Assembly: GCA_013426185.1 (NCBI GenBank)
Contig: CP058602.1
Location: forward strand, 463,123 to 527,122
DNA length: 64,000 bases
Direction of reading: 5' to 3'
Source of the DNA: Candidatus Woesebacteria bacterium
Lineage (GTDB): Bacteria; Patescibacteriota; Microgenomatia; UBA8517
Made by a program: the position numbers and the translations under genes. Positions 34,201-43,231 of this stretch are shown one piece after another; within the stretch, counting starts at the first letter, position 1; every line of letters starts with the position of its first letter. Under the pieces are notes generated by a model. That model searched no databases. It saw nothing but the letters and a program-made list of their open reading frames with translations, and had not been told where the DNA came from.

Positions 34201-36684
34201 GAAAACCTGAGTAAAGCAGCAGGTAAACCGATAGACATCAACTCCAGCCCCTATGTAGGAATGCGGTTGTATGCGGGCAGATTTGGCACAATAGAGGCAG
34301 CTTTCCGAAATCTGCAAAAGATAGTGACGCCAGTGAGGAAATTCCGACCAGACTTCACCCGCTATGTGCTGGCGCAGCGTGCCATTGAAAGAGCCGATAG
34401 AGGCTTTGACAACCCAGCAGGCGTGACTAAAGATCAGGCAGAGCAAGCACTGGTAGAGTTAAAACCCAAAGTTGGAGATAAAGTATTCAAGCAGTTCGAA
34501 CAGGTAGGACAAGCGATCCAAAACTGGTCGATCAGAGAAATCCTAGAGCCGATGCGAGATACAGGACTTATAAGCAAAAAAGCCTTCAATGCCATAGTCG
34601 AAAAAAACAAGAACTGGATGCCATTCCATGTCCTCGACTACCTACCCGATGTGCATCAGGCAGACAAAATGCAGTCAGGCAGCGAAACCTTCTCAGTCAG
34701 TAAACAAGGAGTAATTAAAGGATTAAAAGGCACAGAAAAACAAATCCGTGACCCCTTCGAGTCGATAGTAGATAATTTAAGTAAAGCGGTGAGTTTGATC
34801 AAAAGAAACGAGGTAGCCCGTAAATTCATCGACCTGCGAAACAAATATCCAGAAGCCAAAGAAACCATCAAATACCTACATGGAGATGCCAAAGCACCAA
34901 GAGACTACGACACCATCAGTGTATTTATAAACGGCAAGTCGACCCGCTGGGCAGTACCAAAAGACTTAAGCGAGGCAATGCACGGCATGAATCCAGTCGA
35001 GGCAGGCGTCCTGGGCAAGTTGGCATTAGCATCAACCAAAGCATTCAAATCAGGCGTAACCACTTTATATATCCCATTCACCCTGACCAACGCTATCAGG
35101 GACTACCAAACAGCAACGATAGTCAATAAGTGGGGCTTTAATCCAGCCAACTGGCTGTCAGGATTCAAAGACGGCATAAAAGGAGCGTTTAAATGGGAGT
35201 CGAAAGCCTACACCGACTTTATGAAGAACCAGGGAGGTTACGGAGGCTACATCAGTAACGCCAGGCAGCTATCGATAGCATCAAAGGAATTGTTCACACC
35301 AACTTGGTGGATAAAAACCAAAGCAGTTATCAATCCGTTTAATTTAATCAGTAACTTTGCCGAGGCAGTAGAACTCGCACCCCGTCTGGGTATTTATAAA
35401 AAGGGTGTTAAAAAACCAGGAGTAACCGAGCTGGAAGCTGCCTTTGAAGCTAGAAACGCTACAGTCGATTTCGCAAAAGCAGGTAAAGAGATGCGGATTA
35501 TAAACCAGTGGATTCCCTTTGTGAACGCCAGATGGCAAGGATTACTCCGAGTCAAAGACGCCTTTAAAGAGCATCCGTTCAAGTCAGCAATAAAAGCGAT
35601 GGCGCTTATCGTTGCCCCAGGAGTAGCAACCTATTTTTACAATATCCTCAACCACGAAGAGCTGTGGGATGATATTCCGCAATGGGCAAAAGACCAATAC
35701 TTTATCATCATTCTCGGATCGGAAATTAACGAAGAAGGCAAAACAGTTCCAAAGGTGCTGCAAATTCCTAAAGGCGACATGGGGCAGATTTTTTACAACC
35801 CCATCGAATACGCCTTCGAGTATGTGAGAAAGCAAGAACCAGCCAACCTTCTGAAACTGGCAGTCGAGTGGACAAGCCAGCTTTCACCGATTCCTTTCAG
35901 TAGGGATGGCGAACTATCAGGCAGTGCATTCCTAGCAGGAGCGTTGCCCCCAGCTCTAAAAACTCTTGTTGAAGAAGTCACTAACATGAATATGTTCACA
36001 GGCTTCCCGATAATTCCCAGGAAACTGGAGAAAGTAGCACCAACAGAGCAATACAACGAAAAAACACCAGAGCTGATGGTGATGCTGGGTCGATCCCTCG
36101 GCTGGAGTCCAATGCGAATAGCGCATGTGTTAAGCGGTCTGTTTGGCTCAAGTAGCCGTTATGTCTACAACCCGACCGACCTGTTTGGAGCATCGGTTGA
36201 AAGATTTATAAGAACCCAGGGAGGAGCAAAGGAACGGGAAGCATGGAAGGTAAAAGACGATGCCGAGATTGGCTATAACACCACCCGACTGTTTGTTCAG
36301 CAAGCCCTGCAAGCAGGCGATCTGCAGAAAGCACAAAGCCTGGCTACCGAGTGGAACGCCAAAGCCCAGCAATTCATTCCCCTGATCGTGCCGTATTTAT
36401 ATGCCGATGATCCCAAAGAAGCGGTGAGCTTCCAAAAAAGCATCATGTTTGACCAATCAGACCTGCAACGGCTATTAAAACTTAATGCCCCGCAAACCAA
36501 ACCAGGAACAGCCGTAAAGCCACCTGTGGGGGCTGTGAGCGCACCAAAGACGCAAAACGACCCATTAGGGCTATTCGGAGGCGCAAGCGCAGCAACACCC
36601 ACACCACAGCCAACAATGGGGCAAATATTCCCGACAGGGGGCGGGGCAACAAACCAAAATGATCCGTTGGGATTGTTTAAATAA
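31297..36684 (+). CDS. Giant polyvalent (probably ejected) protein with J-like, ADP-ribosyltransferase-like and LPD38-like domains
   Basis: LGV...TPEQIKSAW...RAYEFL; LYHGT...GEGVYLT...GYGGIE; WDDIPQWAKDQYFII...IPK. Confidence 0.8.
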   Translation: MPTFWETLKTNILNPLEKGVSSVGQTLGDIFKPVGQTAIDLFKPIAALKPEQSEFGIKTEQGEYKPYTNIYLEAAAQTIGLGARKTDFWERLPHAYYGTVLGFGAGLAKAFTFGWWNPELKFEHDAAQMGANLGKVEGDIIGTIGTFLVGGEIVQGAARSIPVVARFAKIAPKTYSLLTNGLTFAGLGQLQKDEFYKDATQRATDFGADFALGGVFSIAGMKPSYFKSTGIIAPAAYVTSLIKGDTPEDALKNTVAVIGLHSVNYAVAKVFPSQAERIRRNMEKAAENELRTTQKEARAFLGVTEKSTPEQIKSAWKQKVIEITKKFPAQAYQTPQQAARFNQEWNTANRAYEFLAKVQNPTGYTGKTFSQEFEDLFRELWINVPDKRALVVSAVRNMPAGLSIRPTLTNEQRAEIIKGLGGENVRTKFGLPAGKLSNSDLITLAKEQNIKVTPSKGTPEQAIAEAAKTPPPSKPKVERTEIWNVPGDLMPARGKPTWKHSKMLWNTMRNQYGMTNVWGKDITTNKGAVSWIIDTLENGLASKKDLLTEARKTKGVRMDSHQYKKLYAMFKSRNYDIEGYKKVMATLKGIKPAVVEKTIEPTPKGMLEELGNYTKEAEVIVREPKIEPKTKIKPIEEVVTLYHGTTPENAAIIRKTGFELKPPVHGRQVIGEGVYLTPTKEEAATFGKEIIEATLKPGVKILHLNNPGEYYQLWQKVAKEAGAFGAKEVNMDKAISDWLKVRGYGGIEVKGFGTKGETYISIFDPKNIEVKTTKAPVAASAKKTKAEPKVLGKVTPQIEQLQKKKDALEKLHYANPGDQKIVNAIKKIDNQIAQQFSTQEQKAAKAEQIRLKYRPEEKELLDAERVPSVGEILKSKKFKDRIAGKVKASKEMRADELTTTPSRNPPRPPKEEPLSQAPPPPEGSGLEAIDKMVGKIGAPQKMTEWFKGLKPKFSRNFTDRFAAMKTFEENLSKAAGKPIDINSSPYVGMRLYAGRFGTIEAAFRNLQKIVTPVRKFRPDFTRYVLAQRAIERADRGFDNPAGVTKDQAEQALVELKPKVGDKVFKQFEQVGQAIQNWSIREILEPMRDTGLISKKAFNAIVEKNKNWMPFHVLDYLPDVHQADKMQSGSETFSVSKQGVIKGLKGTEKQIRDPFESIVDNLSKAVSLIKRNEVARKFIDLRNKYPEAKETIKYLHGDAKAPRDYDTISVFINGKSTRWAVPKDLSEAMHGMNPVEAGVLGKLALASTKAFKSGVTTLYIPFTLTNAIRDYQTATIVNKWGFNPANWLSGFKDGIKGAFKWESKAYTDFMKNQGGYGGYISNARQLSIASKELFTPTWWIKTKAVINPFNLISNFAEAVELAPRLGIYKKGVKKPGVTELEAAFEARNATVDFAKAGKEMRIINQWIPFVNARWQGLLRVKDAFKEHPFKSAIKAMALIVAPGVATYFYNILNHEELWDDIPQWAKDQYFIIILGSEINEEGKTVPKVLQIPKGDMGQIFYNPIEYAFEYVRKQEPANLLKLAVEWTSQLSPIPFSRDGELSGSAFLAGALPPALKTLVEEVTNMNMFTGFPIIPRKLEKVAPTEQYNEKTPELMVMLGRSLGWSPMRIAHVLSGLFGSSSRYVYNPTDLFGASVERFIRTQGGAKEREAWKVKDDAEIGYNTTRLFVQQALQAGDLQKAQSLATEWNAKAQQFIPLIVPYLYADDPKEAVSFQKSIMFDQSDLQRLLKLNAPQTKPGTAVKPPVGAVSAPKTQNDPLGLFGGASAATPTPQPTMGQIFPTGGGATNQNDPLGLFK

Positions 36685-36690
36685 AAATCT

Positions 36691-37803
36691 ATGAAAAAAC
36701 TAACCTTACCGACAACATTCAATCAGAACGACCCCAGGTGGAAAAACAGCCCACTGGGAACAAAAGGGACAATCGGGCAATACGGCTGCCTAATGTGTGA
36801 CGGAACGATGGTAGTTAACTACTACGGCTTTCGAGAAACACCGCTGACCATGAACGAAAAGCTGACTCAAAACGGAGGATATGATAAAGGCAACCTGCTG
36901 ATATGGAGCGCAATCCCCAGGCTGTTTGCGGGACTAAAATACTCAGGAAAGTGGTCGAATGACAATCCGCTCACCCAGGCGCAGATGGATCAAATTCGAA
37001 GTGCAATTGATAAAGGATATCCAGTATTTCTACAGATCGATACCATCCCCTCAACCAGTGGCTTAGATGAGCATTGGATACTGGCAATCGGCTATGACGG
37101 TGACGACTTTATAGTACAAGACCCTTGGGACGGAGCAGAAAAAAGGATAACAAGCTGGGGTATAACCCCACAAAAATTGATCTATTCTTGGTGCTGGTAT
37201 GAGGGAAAACCATCAGAAACAGATGTAGCGGAAGGCTGCCTCGTGCCAAATACTCCAGAATGGCGGGAAAAATACGAGCAAATAGTTGGATCAGCCACGA
37301 AATGGGCGGAGGCACTAAAAGTTCTAGAGATCGCCGACGACCCCAACACTACCCCTGTCGACAAAATTAAGAGTGTTATTGCAGGGTATAAATCAAGGGA
37401 AACTGACCTGGGAAACAAGCTCAGAGACAAGCAAAAAGAGCTGGATGTGGCAAACCAGGAGATAAAGAACCGCTCCGAACAAGTTAGCAGACTCGAAAAG
37501 TTAGTGACAGACAAGGAAAAGTATTATAAAGACCTGCTTAATGCGCTTAAATCGGACATTAAAAATCTGCCAAAAATCGTGGAGGAAGCCCAGGGTCGTA
37601 TAGGGGTGCTGGAGGGGCAGCTAGATGAGGCTAATAAAGCCAAAGGCAGAGCGCTAAATGAGGCAGCAGAGTACAAAAGCGAACTTGAAGCCTGCCAGAA
37701 AGGTCAACTCCCAGAGCCAGCCAAGAATTTAATAACCAAAGCAGCGAACTTTTTACTCAACCTAGTAATAGGCATTTTCAAAAAAGGAGGTGAGAAAACA
37801 TGA
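36691..37803 (+). CDS. Endolysin, peptidase C39-like with coiled-coil C-terminus
   Basis: QNDPRW...TIGQYGC...HWIL...DPW. Confidence 0.75.
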   Translation: MKKLTLPTTFNQNDPRWKNSPLGTKGTIGQYGCLMCDGTMVVNYYGFRETPLTMNEKLTQNGGYDKGNLLIWSAIPRLFAGLKYSGKWSNDNPLTQAQMDQIRSAIDKGYPVFLQIDTIPSTSGLDEHWILAIGYDGDDFIVQDPWDGAEKRITSWGITPQKLIYSWCWYEGKPSETDVAEGCLVPNTPEWREKYEQIVGSATKWAEALKVLEIADDPNTTPVDKIKSVIAGYKSRETDLGNKLRDKQKELDVANQEIKNRSEQVSRLEKLVTDKEKYYKDLLNALKSDIKNLPKIVEEAQGRIGVLEGQLDEANKAKGRALNEAAEYKSELEACQKGQLPEPAKNLITKAANFLLNLVIGIFKKGGEKT

Positions 37804-38021
37804 TAGCAGTTAGCCAAAAATACCAGTTAACCTGGAACGACATGGAAAAAGTAGGTAAAGGACTTCTAATCGCATTAGCGGGCGCAGCCTTAACATACCT
37901 GACGGAGCAAATCCCCAACATTGATCTAGGAGAATGGACACCGATAGTGGTAGCAATCTGGTCGGTAATTGTAAACGCAGCTAGAAAATGGCTGTCGGAG
38001 ACAAGATACATTGAACAGTGA
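37800..38021 (+). CDS. Holin-like membrane protein
   Basis: Two TM segments, next to the endolysin. Confidence 0.65.
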   Translation: MIAVSQKYQLTWNDMEKVGKGLLIALAGAALTYLTEQIPNIDLGEWTPIVVAIWSVIVNAARKWLSETRYIEQ

Positions 38022-38028
38022 AAACACT

Positions 38029-38280
38029 ATGGCAAAATCAAAAGCAACAACTAGCATGGATATAATCGAAAGAGTTGCCAAACTTGAGGAGCGGGTGGAT
38101 AGTGGCTTTGGTTACATCAAAGAGGAACTAAAAGAAATTAAGAATAATCACCTACACACCCTCCAAGCCGATGTGAGCGACCTTAAAATTAAGGTTAATA
38201 CGCTGATGGTCAAAATGGGAATAATTGTGGCGGTGGTGACAATTGTGATCGACATCGCCATTCGATTAATCTTCAGATAA
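38029..38280 (+). CDS. Holin/XhlA-like protein (coiled coil plus C-terminal TM)
   Basis: ERVAKLEE...NNHLH...C-terminal TM. Confidence 0.6.
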   Translation: MAKSKATTSMDIIERVAKLEERVDSGFGYIKEELKEIKNNHLHTLQADVSDLKIKVNTLMVKMGIIVAVVTIVIDIAIRLIFR

Positions 38281-38287
38281 AAGAAGA

Positions 38288-38551
38288 CTACTTCTCCTTC
38301 TCACCAAACCTCTCGCTGTTTTTTAGTAATCGATTCAGGGCTTTATTTAAATCCTGGACGGTCTCAACCTTCAAGATATGAAACGAGGAAGAATGAACAT
38401 TCCCCACAAACACTAAAGTATCCCCCTCATTAAGCTCAAGGTCTTTTCTCATTTTGGCGGGGATCACAACCTGACCCTTCGCACCTAGAGTGGATGTGCC
38501 GTAAATGGCAGCGTTTTTTTTGATAGCCATAAAATCTGGGATTTTTTTCAT
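38288..38551 (-). CDS. AbrB/MazE/SpoVT-family DNA-binding protein
   Basis: TLGAKGQVVIPAKMRKDLELNEGDTLVF. Confidence 0.88.
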   Translation of the reverse strand: MKKIPDFMAIKKNAAIYGTSTLGAKGQVVIPAKMRKDLELNEGDTLVFVGNVHSSSFHILKVETVQDLNKALNRLLKNSERFGEKEK

Positions 38552-38650
38552 CCTGCCTAACTGCGGGCAGGAAACAGTCTCCTTGATAGAGAATTATACA
38601 CTAGCGCACAAAAGAAAGCGAACATCTCATCTACTCCCCACCAGAGATTA

Positions 38651-38929
38651 TTAAGTGCTGTCGAGGTGTTGTTTGATAAAATCCAGAAGAAGCTCGAAGC
38701 CTTCAGCGTGATTTGTCTGAACCTTTTTCAAAATCTCTTTGCACTTCGCAACATACTCCACTGAGGTTTTATAGGTCTCGGAGTCCTCGCCGAACTGCTT
38801 ACGCCTGCGCTCCTTAACCTCATCGAGCCAGTTATACAGCTCTTCCACAGTCGACTCAAACTCGTCCGAGAGAACATAGGCACGAGCAATAATTTCCTTT
38901 GCTTTAACCATATTACGAGGGATCGCCAT
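38651..38929 (-). CDS. Small helical hypothetical protein, probably leaderless
   Basis: TGTATAAT shortly upstream of the ATG on the minus strand. Confidence 0.6.
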   Translation of the reverse strand: MAIPRNMVKAKEIIARAYVLSDEFESTVEELYNWLDEVKERRRKQFGEDSETYKTSVEYVAKCKEILKKVQTNHAEGFELLLDFIKQHLDST

Positions 38930-38952
38930 ATTTCCAATTATACAATCAAACT

Positions 38953-40023
38953 TTACTTCTTAAGAGAAATATTGAAGGAAAAGCCGTCGTTCCGCTCGGT
39001 TAGAGTGTAATCAAAACGCTCGTCACCATGCAATCTGAAAGACTTAATCTCCTCTTTGACACTCTCGATAATAGCATGCGGGTCTTGGGACTTGCGAATA
39101 AGCGGGTGCTTAAGCATCGCCTGGCGGAGATCGTCGGTGACCATGTGAGTATAGATCATGGTAGTATCAACCTTGCGGTGACCAACAATCCGCTGGACTT
39201 TTGAGATAGCCACATCCTGACGCAAGAGTTCGGTTATAAAACTATGGCGAAAACTATGGGCGTGAAAGCGCCGATCGACATGAAGCCCAGCTCGTTTGGC
39301 ACGCTCTCGAATAGTCTTATTAACCATAGACTCGCCGATGCGTGAATTAGGGCGGGTGCGGGCAAAATGCATAGTTATAAACATCGGCGAAGAAGGTGGA
39401 ATCTCACCCCTGTTTTTAATCCACTCCCGCAATTTCTCAATCATATCAGGAGGAATAGGCACGATGCGCTGCTCATCAGTTTTAGTCTCACGGATAATAA
39501 ACTCATTCGTGCCAAAGTTAAAATCGCCCACATTTAGGGCGATTACTTCTCCAACACGGCAACCAGTCTTGGCAAGGAACTCCAGGAGCAAACCCCACAT
39601 GTAGTCGCATTTAATATACTTGGGATGCAAATCCCGCTCGTAGTTATTTTTATGAGGGGGCGGATTGATGATTTTCTCAATCTCTTCCAACGAAAGGGTC
39701 TGGTATAAAACGATTTTCTTCTTGGGACGAAGCTGGTTCAGGTTAGAAGTGCAATCCTCTAAAGGCAAATGCTTCTCGGCAATAAGGAAGCGGATGAATG
39801 AGTTGAGGGAAGTGATTAGGACATGGATATAGTTAGGAGACAAATCGCTTCTTTTATACTCCCGCAGGAGCAGTCGTATATTTTCAAACGAGAACTCCCG
39901 ACCACCCAGGTCACGAAAGAAGCGCTCTAGCCACTGCCTCCGCACTTTGCATGTATGATCGGTGAGGTCTCGGTCATAGCGAATAAAATCAATGTATTCC
40001 GAGAGGTATTTTTGATAGCTCAT
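38953..40023 (-). CDS. int: Tyrosine recombinase / prophage integrase
   Basis: TGCRVGE, KT, HSFRHSF, VGH and IYTH catalytic residues. Confidence 0.95.
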   Translation of the reverse strand: MSYQKYLSEYIDFIRYDRDLTDHTCKVRRQWLERFFRDLGGREFSFENIRLLLREYKRSDLSPNYIHVLITSLNSFIRFLIAEKHLPLEDCTSNLNQLRPKKKIVLYQTLSLEEIEKIINPPPHKNNYERDLHPKYIKCDYMWGLLLEFLAKTGCRVGEVIALNVGDFNFGTNEFIIRETKTDEQRIVPIPPDMIEKLREWIKNRGEIPPSSPMFITMHFARTRPNSRIGESMVNKTIRERAKRAGLHVDRRFHAHSFRHSFITELLRQDVAISKVQRIVGHRKVDTTMIYTHMVTDDLRQAMLKHPLIRKSQDPHAIIESVKEEIKSFRLHGDERFDYTLTERNDGFSFNISLKK

Positions 40024-40029
40024 GGTTCA

Positions 40030-40070
40030 ATTATAAGGGGCAGGTTTCCAACTTCTCCAACATTTCCAAC
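40030..40070 (-). promoter_or_regulatory. Leaderless integrase promoter with three 9-bp GTTGGARAW repeats over the -35 region
   Basis: TATAAT 6 nt before the ATG; GTTGGAAAT GTTGGAGAA GTTGGAAA. Confidence 0.6.
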
Positions 40071-40185
40071 TAAAATTATAACGACTTTAGGCAGGGGGCA
40101 AAAAAGGGCTTGACTTTTACTTAGAAATGTGTTTCACTGGTATTTAGCACTGGGAAAAGTCCAGGGACTTTAAGAAGAAAAGAAG

Positions 40186-41133
40186 CTAACTTACCTCCGA
40201 GAACTCCGATAACTCATCCAAAAAAAGAACCCCTCGATGCGCTAAAGATACCTCACCAGGCGTTAGGTTAGATCCTCCACCAATCAAGCCAATTCTACTT
40301 GTAGTGTGATGCGGACTACGAAAAGGCCTTGTTGTGATTATTGAATCTCCAGTTGATAAATTACCAGTTACAGAATAAATTTTAGTTACCTCAAGAGCTT
40401 CTTCCTCAGTTAAAGTAGGCAAAATCCCGGGCAAGGCTCGAGCTAGCATAGTCTTTCCCGAGCCAGGAGTTCCTCGCATAAAAATATTGTGCGCACCAGC
40501 TGCCGCTATTTCCATAGCTCTTTTTGCCTGTTCCTGGCCAATAATTTCAGCAAAATCAAATTCAGCTTGGGCAACCTTAAGTAAAGAAGAAAGATCAACT
40601 TTTGGCGCAGGTTCTATTTCCAAAGATCCCCTAAAAAACCTCACCAAAGAAAGTAAGGATTCAACAGGATAGACTTTGATATCAGAGACAATTGAAGCTT
40701 CCTCCTGATTAATCTTGGGAACAAAAACTCTTTTAATCTTTTTTTCTCGAGCAAGATAACTAACAGGTAAAATCCCATTGGTATGGCGCAAACTGCCATC
40801 AAGAGATAGTTCACCAAAAAATAAAGAATCAGAGGTATCAGCTGAAATTTGTCCTGAAGCAATCAAAATTCCAAGAGCAATAGGCAGATCGTAAGCAGGG
40901 CCAACTTTGGGAAGATCAGCTGGCGCCAAATTAACCGTAATTCTTCCTTCTGGAAATTTAGCTCCCGAATTCTTTAAAGCTGACCTAACTCTTTCTTTTG
41001 ACTCCTCAACCGCCTTATCAGGAAGGCCCACAATATTAAACGCCGGTAAACCTTCCTCAGGCACATCTACCTCCACCTCAACCAAACGACCTTCAAGCCC
41101 TAAAGTGGCGCCTGAAATAATCTTGGCAAGCAT
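40186..41133 (-). pseudogene. comM: comM/yifB Mg-chelatase-like ATPase, 5' part, truncated by the prophage
   Basis: VGLPD, NLAPAD, GELSLDG, GTPGSGKT, RPFRSPHH, then GVLFLDE followed by a premature stop at 315 aa. Confidence 0.9.
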
Positions 41134-41135
41134 AT

Positions 41136-41831
41136 CTATTTCTTATTCAATTTGTCGTACCACTCATTTAAGATCCTTGACACCAAGTCTTTTGCCCCCA
41201 AACCAAAAGACAAACCCACAGCCAAGACAAAAGTATAAGTTAAACCTTGTAAAAAGGTGCTAATTAAAGTTTGGGCGATTTTCAACTGGTCAAGCGCCGC
41301 AAAAAAGGCTATCAGTAAAATCAACCATCTGGCAAGAACAGAAAGCGGCTTGGCAATATTTTTGTCAATGGAAAGAACTGCCCCCTTCACTAACTTCTCT
41401 ACTAGATTGGCTACTAAATAGCCAAGAACCAAAACAAAAATAGCAGCCGCAATACTTGGCAGATAACCTAAGATAGAAAACAAAACCTGCGAGACGCTAC
41501 TTAAACCCAAAATATCAAGCGCGGAAAGAAAAAATATTAAAACAACCAACCATCTTAAGACTATAGCCACCAAATCTACCAAGCTAAGATTAATCTCGGC
41601 TTTTTTAAGGACTTTCTCCGCCCCAATAGTTTTTGAAAGGTTTTCTACTCTCGCCAATCTGAGAAGCTTGACTATCAAAACCTGAATCCAAGAACCAAGA
41701 GCCAAGCCGATAGCAAAAACAACAATTGCCCAAAAGAGCTTTAAGGATGCGTCAAAGACCAAAGGCCAAACTCCTATTGTAGAACCAGCAAAGACATTGC
41801 TTAAATATCCTAAACCTTGCATTATTTTCAC
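41136..41831 (-). CDS. CmpX/mechanosensitive-channel TM-helix repeat protein
   Basis: Repeated LPSIAAAIFVLVLG-type helices; GLSFGLGAKD. Confidence 0.75.
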   Translation of the reverse strand: MKIMQGLGYLSNVFAGSTIGVWPLVFDASLKLFWAIVVFAIGLALGSWIQVLIVKLLRLARVENLSKTIGAEKVLKKAEINLSLVDLVAIVLRWLVVLIFFLSALDILGLSSVSQVLFSILGYLPSIAAAIFVLVLGYLVANLVEKLVKGAVLSIDKNIAKPLSVLARWLILLIAFFAALDQLKIAQTLISTFLQGLTYTFVLAVGLSFGLGAKDLVSRILNEWYDKLNKK

Positions 41832-41904
41832 CCCCTTTCTCTACTTTTATCTTGAAGCTTATTTATGAGGAAGTCAAGAATAAAAAAAGTATTTTACCAA
41901 AGGC

Positions 41905-42220
41905 TTGCCTTGGAGAGTGGTAAGCCGGATTCTGTTTCTAAGCAATCATCAGTCTTATGCCCTGCCTTAGGACTCGGGAAAGGCACCTCAAGCGTCCAAC
42001 TCGCAGGTTGCAGCGGAGGGGATTGCCCGTTTCACCCTTTCTCCTTCTTTAGGAAAGAGAAAGACTCGTCTCTGTTGCTCTCGCAGAGTGTCAATTCACT
42101 CCACGTCTTCTTACGAAGAACCAGCCCTTTCGGGTCACCGCTTGCGCGGCGCATCTTGCCTTTCAGCTGTCCGGACTTTCCTCCCCCCAATGGAGGGCGA
42201 TTGCTCCCTCTCCAAGGCAA
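41905..42220 (-). ncRNA. rnpB: RNase P RNA
   Basis: Minus strand GAGGAAAGTCCGG and ACAGAATCCGGCTTA universal motifs; P1 ends pair (TTGCCTTGGAGAG/CTCTCCAAGGCAA). Confidence 0.95.
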
Positions 42221-42254
42221 ATGTATTTTATCAAAAAACGAGGTTTTTATCAAA

Positions 42255-43226
42255 CTAACGGCGCAAATAGAGTCTGACTAACACACTCAAAGTTAAATAA
42301 ACAGGAATGGCCATTAAGGCTCCAACAACTCCTGCTATTTTTGCTCCAATTGCCAAGCAAAGAAGGACTACTACGGGATTAATTCCCGTTGATTTTTCCA
42401 TGACCTTAGGAACTAGAAGATGATTTTCCAGCTGTTGAACCACTAGATATAAAACTGCAACCGCTAAACCCATTAGAGGTGAGATACCCAAACCCACAAT
42501 CACAGCGGGCACGGCCGAGACTAAAGGCCCTATTATTGGCACTATCTCGAATACGCCTGCGAATATAGCAAGAGGTAAAGAAAAAGGAACTCCCAAAGCA
42601 AAAAGCCCTAAAAACGTAAGGAACCCTACAGAAAACATCAGAATTAGCTGCCCCCTCAGCCATGAACCCAGACTTTTTTCCCAAAGAACCAAAAAATTCT
42701 TCACCTTTTTACAAATTGAAATATCAAAAAAATTATCCAACATATTATCCAGCTTGTCTCTTGAAAGAAGAAGATAAAAAGCTATTACCAGCACAGAAAC
42801 AACACCTAACACGTTGGAAAAAACAGAAAAGGTAATTTTTATAAGAGAACTAGAGAAAGAACCTAACTGACTAGCCAATTCGTTTATTAAAGGTTGCCCA
42901 ATCATCGGCAAAACCAAGATATTATCAATCAAATTAGGCAAAACAGACAAAAGATGAGATGTCTGTTCAACTAAAGGAGGAATAAGAGACGCTACTGAGA
43001 ATGATAATAATCCTAGCACCAAAACATAAACCAGAAGTACGCTTAGGCCCCTCGGTATTTTCAACTTAGATAAGCGACTAACCAGAGGATTTAAAACCGC
43101 CATTATCAAAAGAGCAATAAAAAAGACCAAAATTATGTCGCGAATAAAATACAAAAACCACAAAAACGACAAAAACAAAACAGTAAAAATAATAGTCCTG
43201 TGAGAAATCTCAATCTTTTGTGGCAT
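42255..43226 (-). CDS. AI-2E (PerM) family transporter
   Basis: LNPLV, WLRGQL, QQLENHLLVPKVM. Confidence 0.88.
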   Translation of the reverse strand: MPQKIEISHRTIIFTVLFLSFLWFLYFIRDIILVFFIALLIMAVLNPLVSRLSKLKIPRGLSVLLVYVLVLGLLSFSVASLIPPLVEQTSHLLSVLPNLIDNILVLPMIGQPLINELASQLGSFSSSLIKITFSVFSNVLGVVSVLVIAFYLLLSRDKLDNMLDNFFDISICKKVKNFLVLWEKSLGSWLRGQLILMFSVGFLTFLGLFALGVPFSLPLAIFAGVFEIVPIIGPLVSAVPAVIVGLGISPLMGLAVAVLYLVVQQLENHLLVPKVMEKSTGINPVVVLLCLAIGAKIAGVVGALMAIPVYLTLSVLVRLYLRR

Positions 43227-43231
43227 AACTA

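Larger units (their letters stand above)
1..40210. mobile_element. Temperate podovirus-like prophage (left end outside window) integrated in comM
   Basis: Co-oriented replication, packaging, head, tail and lysis genes; terminal tyrosine integrase; abrupt strand and composition switch at a truncated comM; no tape-measure gene seen. Confidence 0.93.

Noticed and set aside
1-40023. Stop-codon reassignment in the phage
   Set aside because: Long genes are uninterrupted in code 11, and TAA, TAG and TGA all occur as stops with tight gene packing
41865-42281. ORFs 41865..42281 (+) and 42032..42253 (-)
   Set aside because: They overlap the RNase P RNA gene and are spurious
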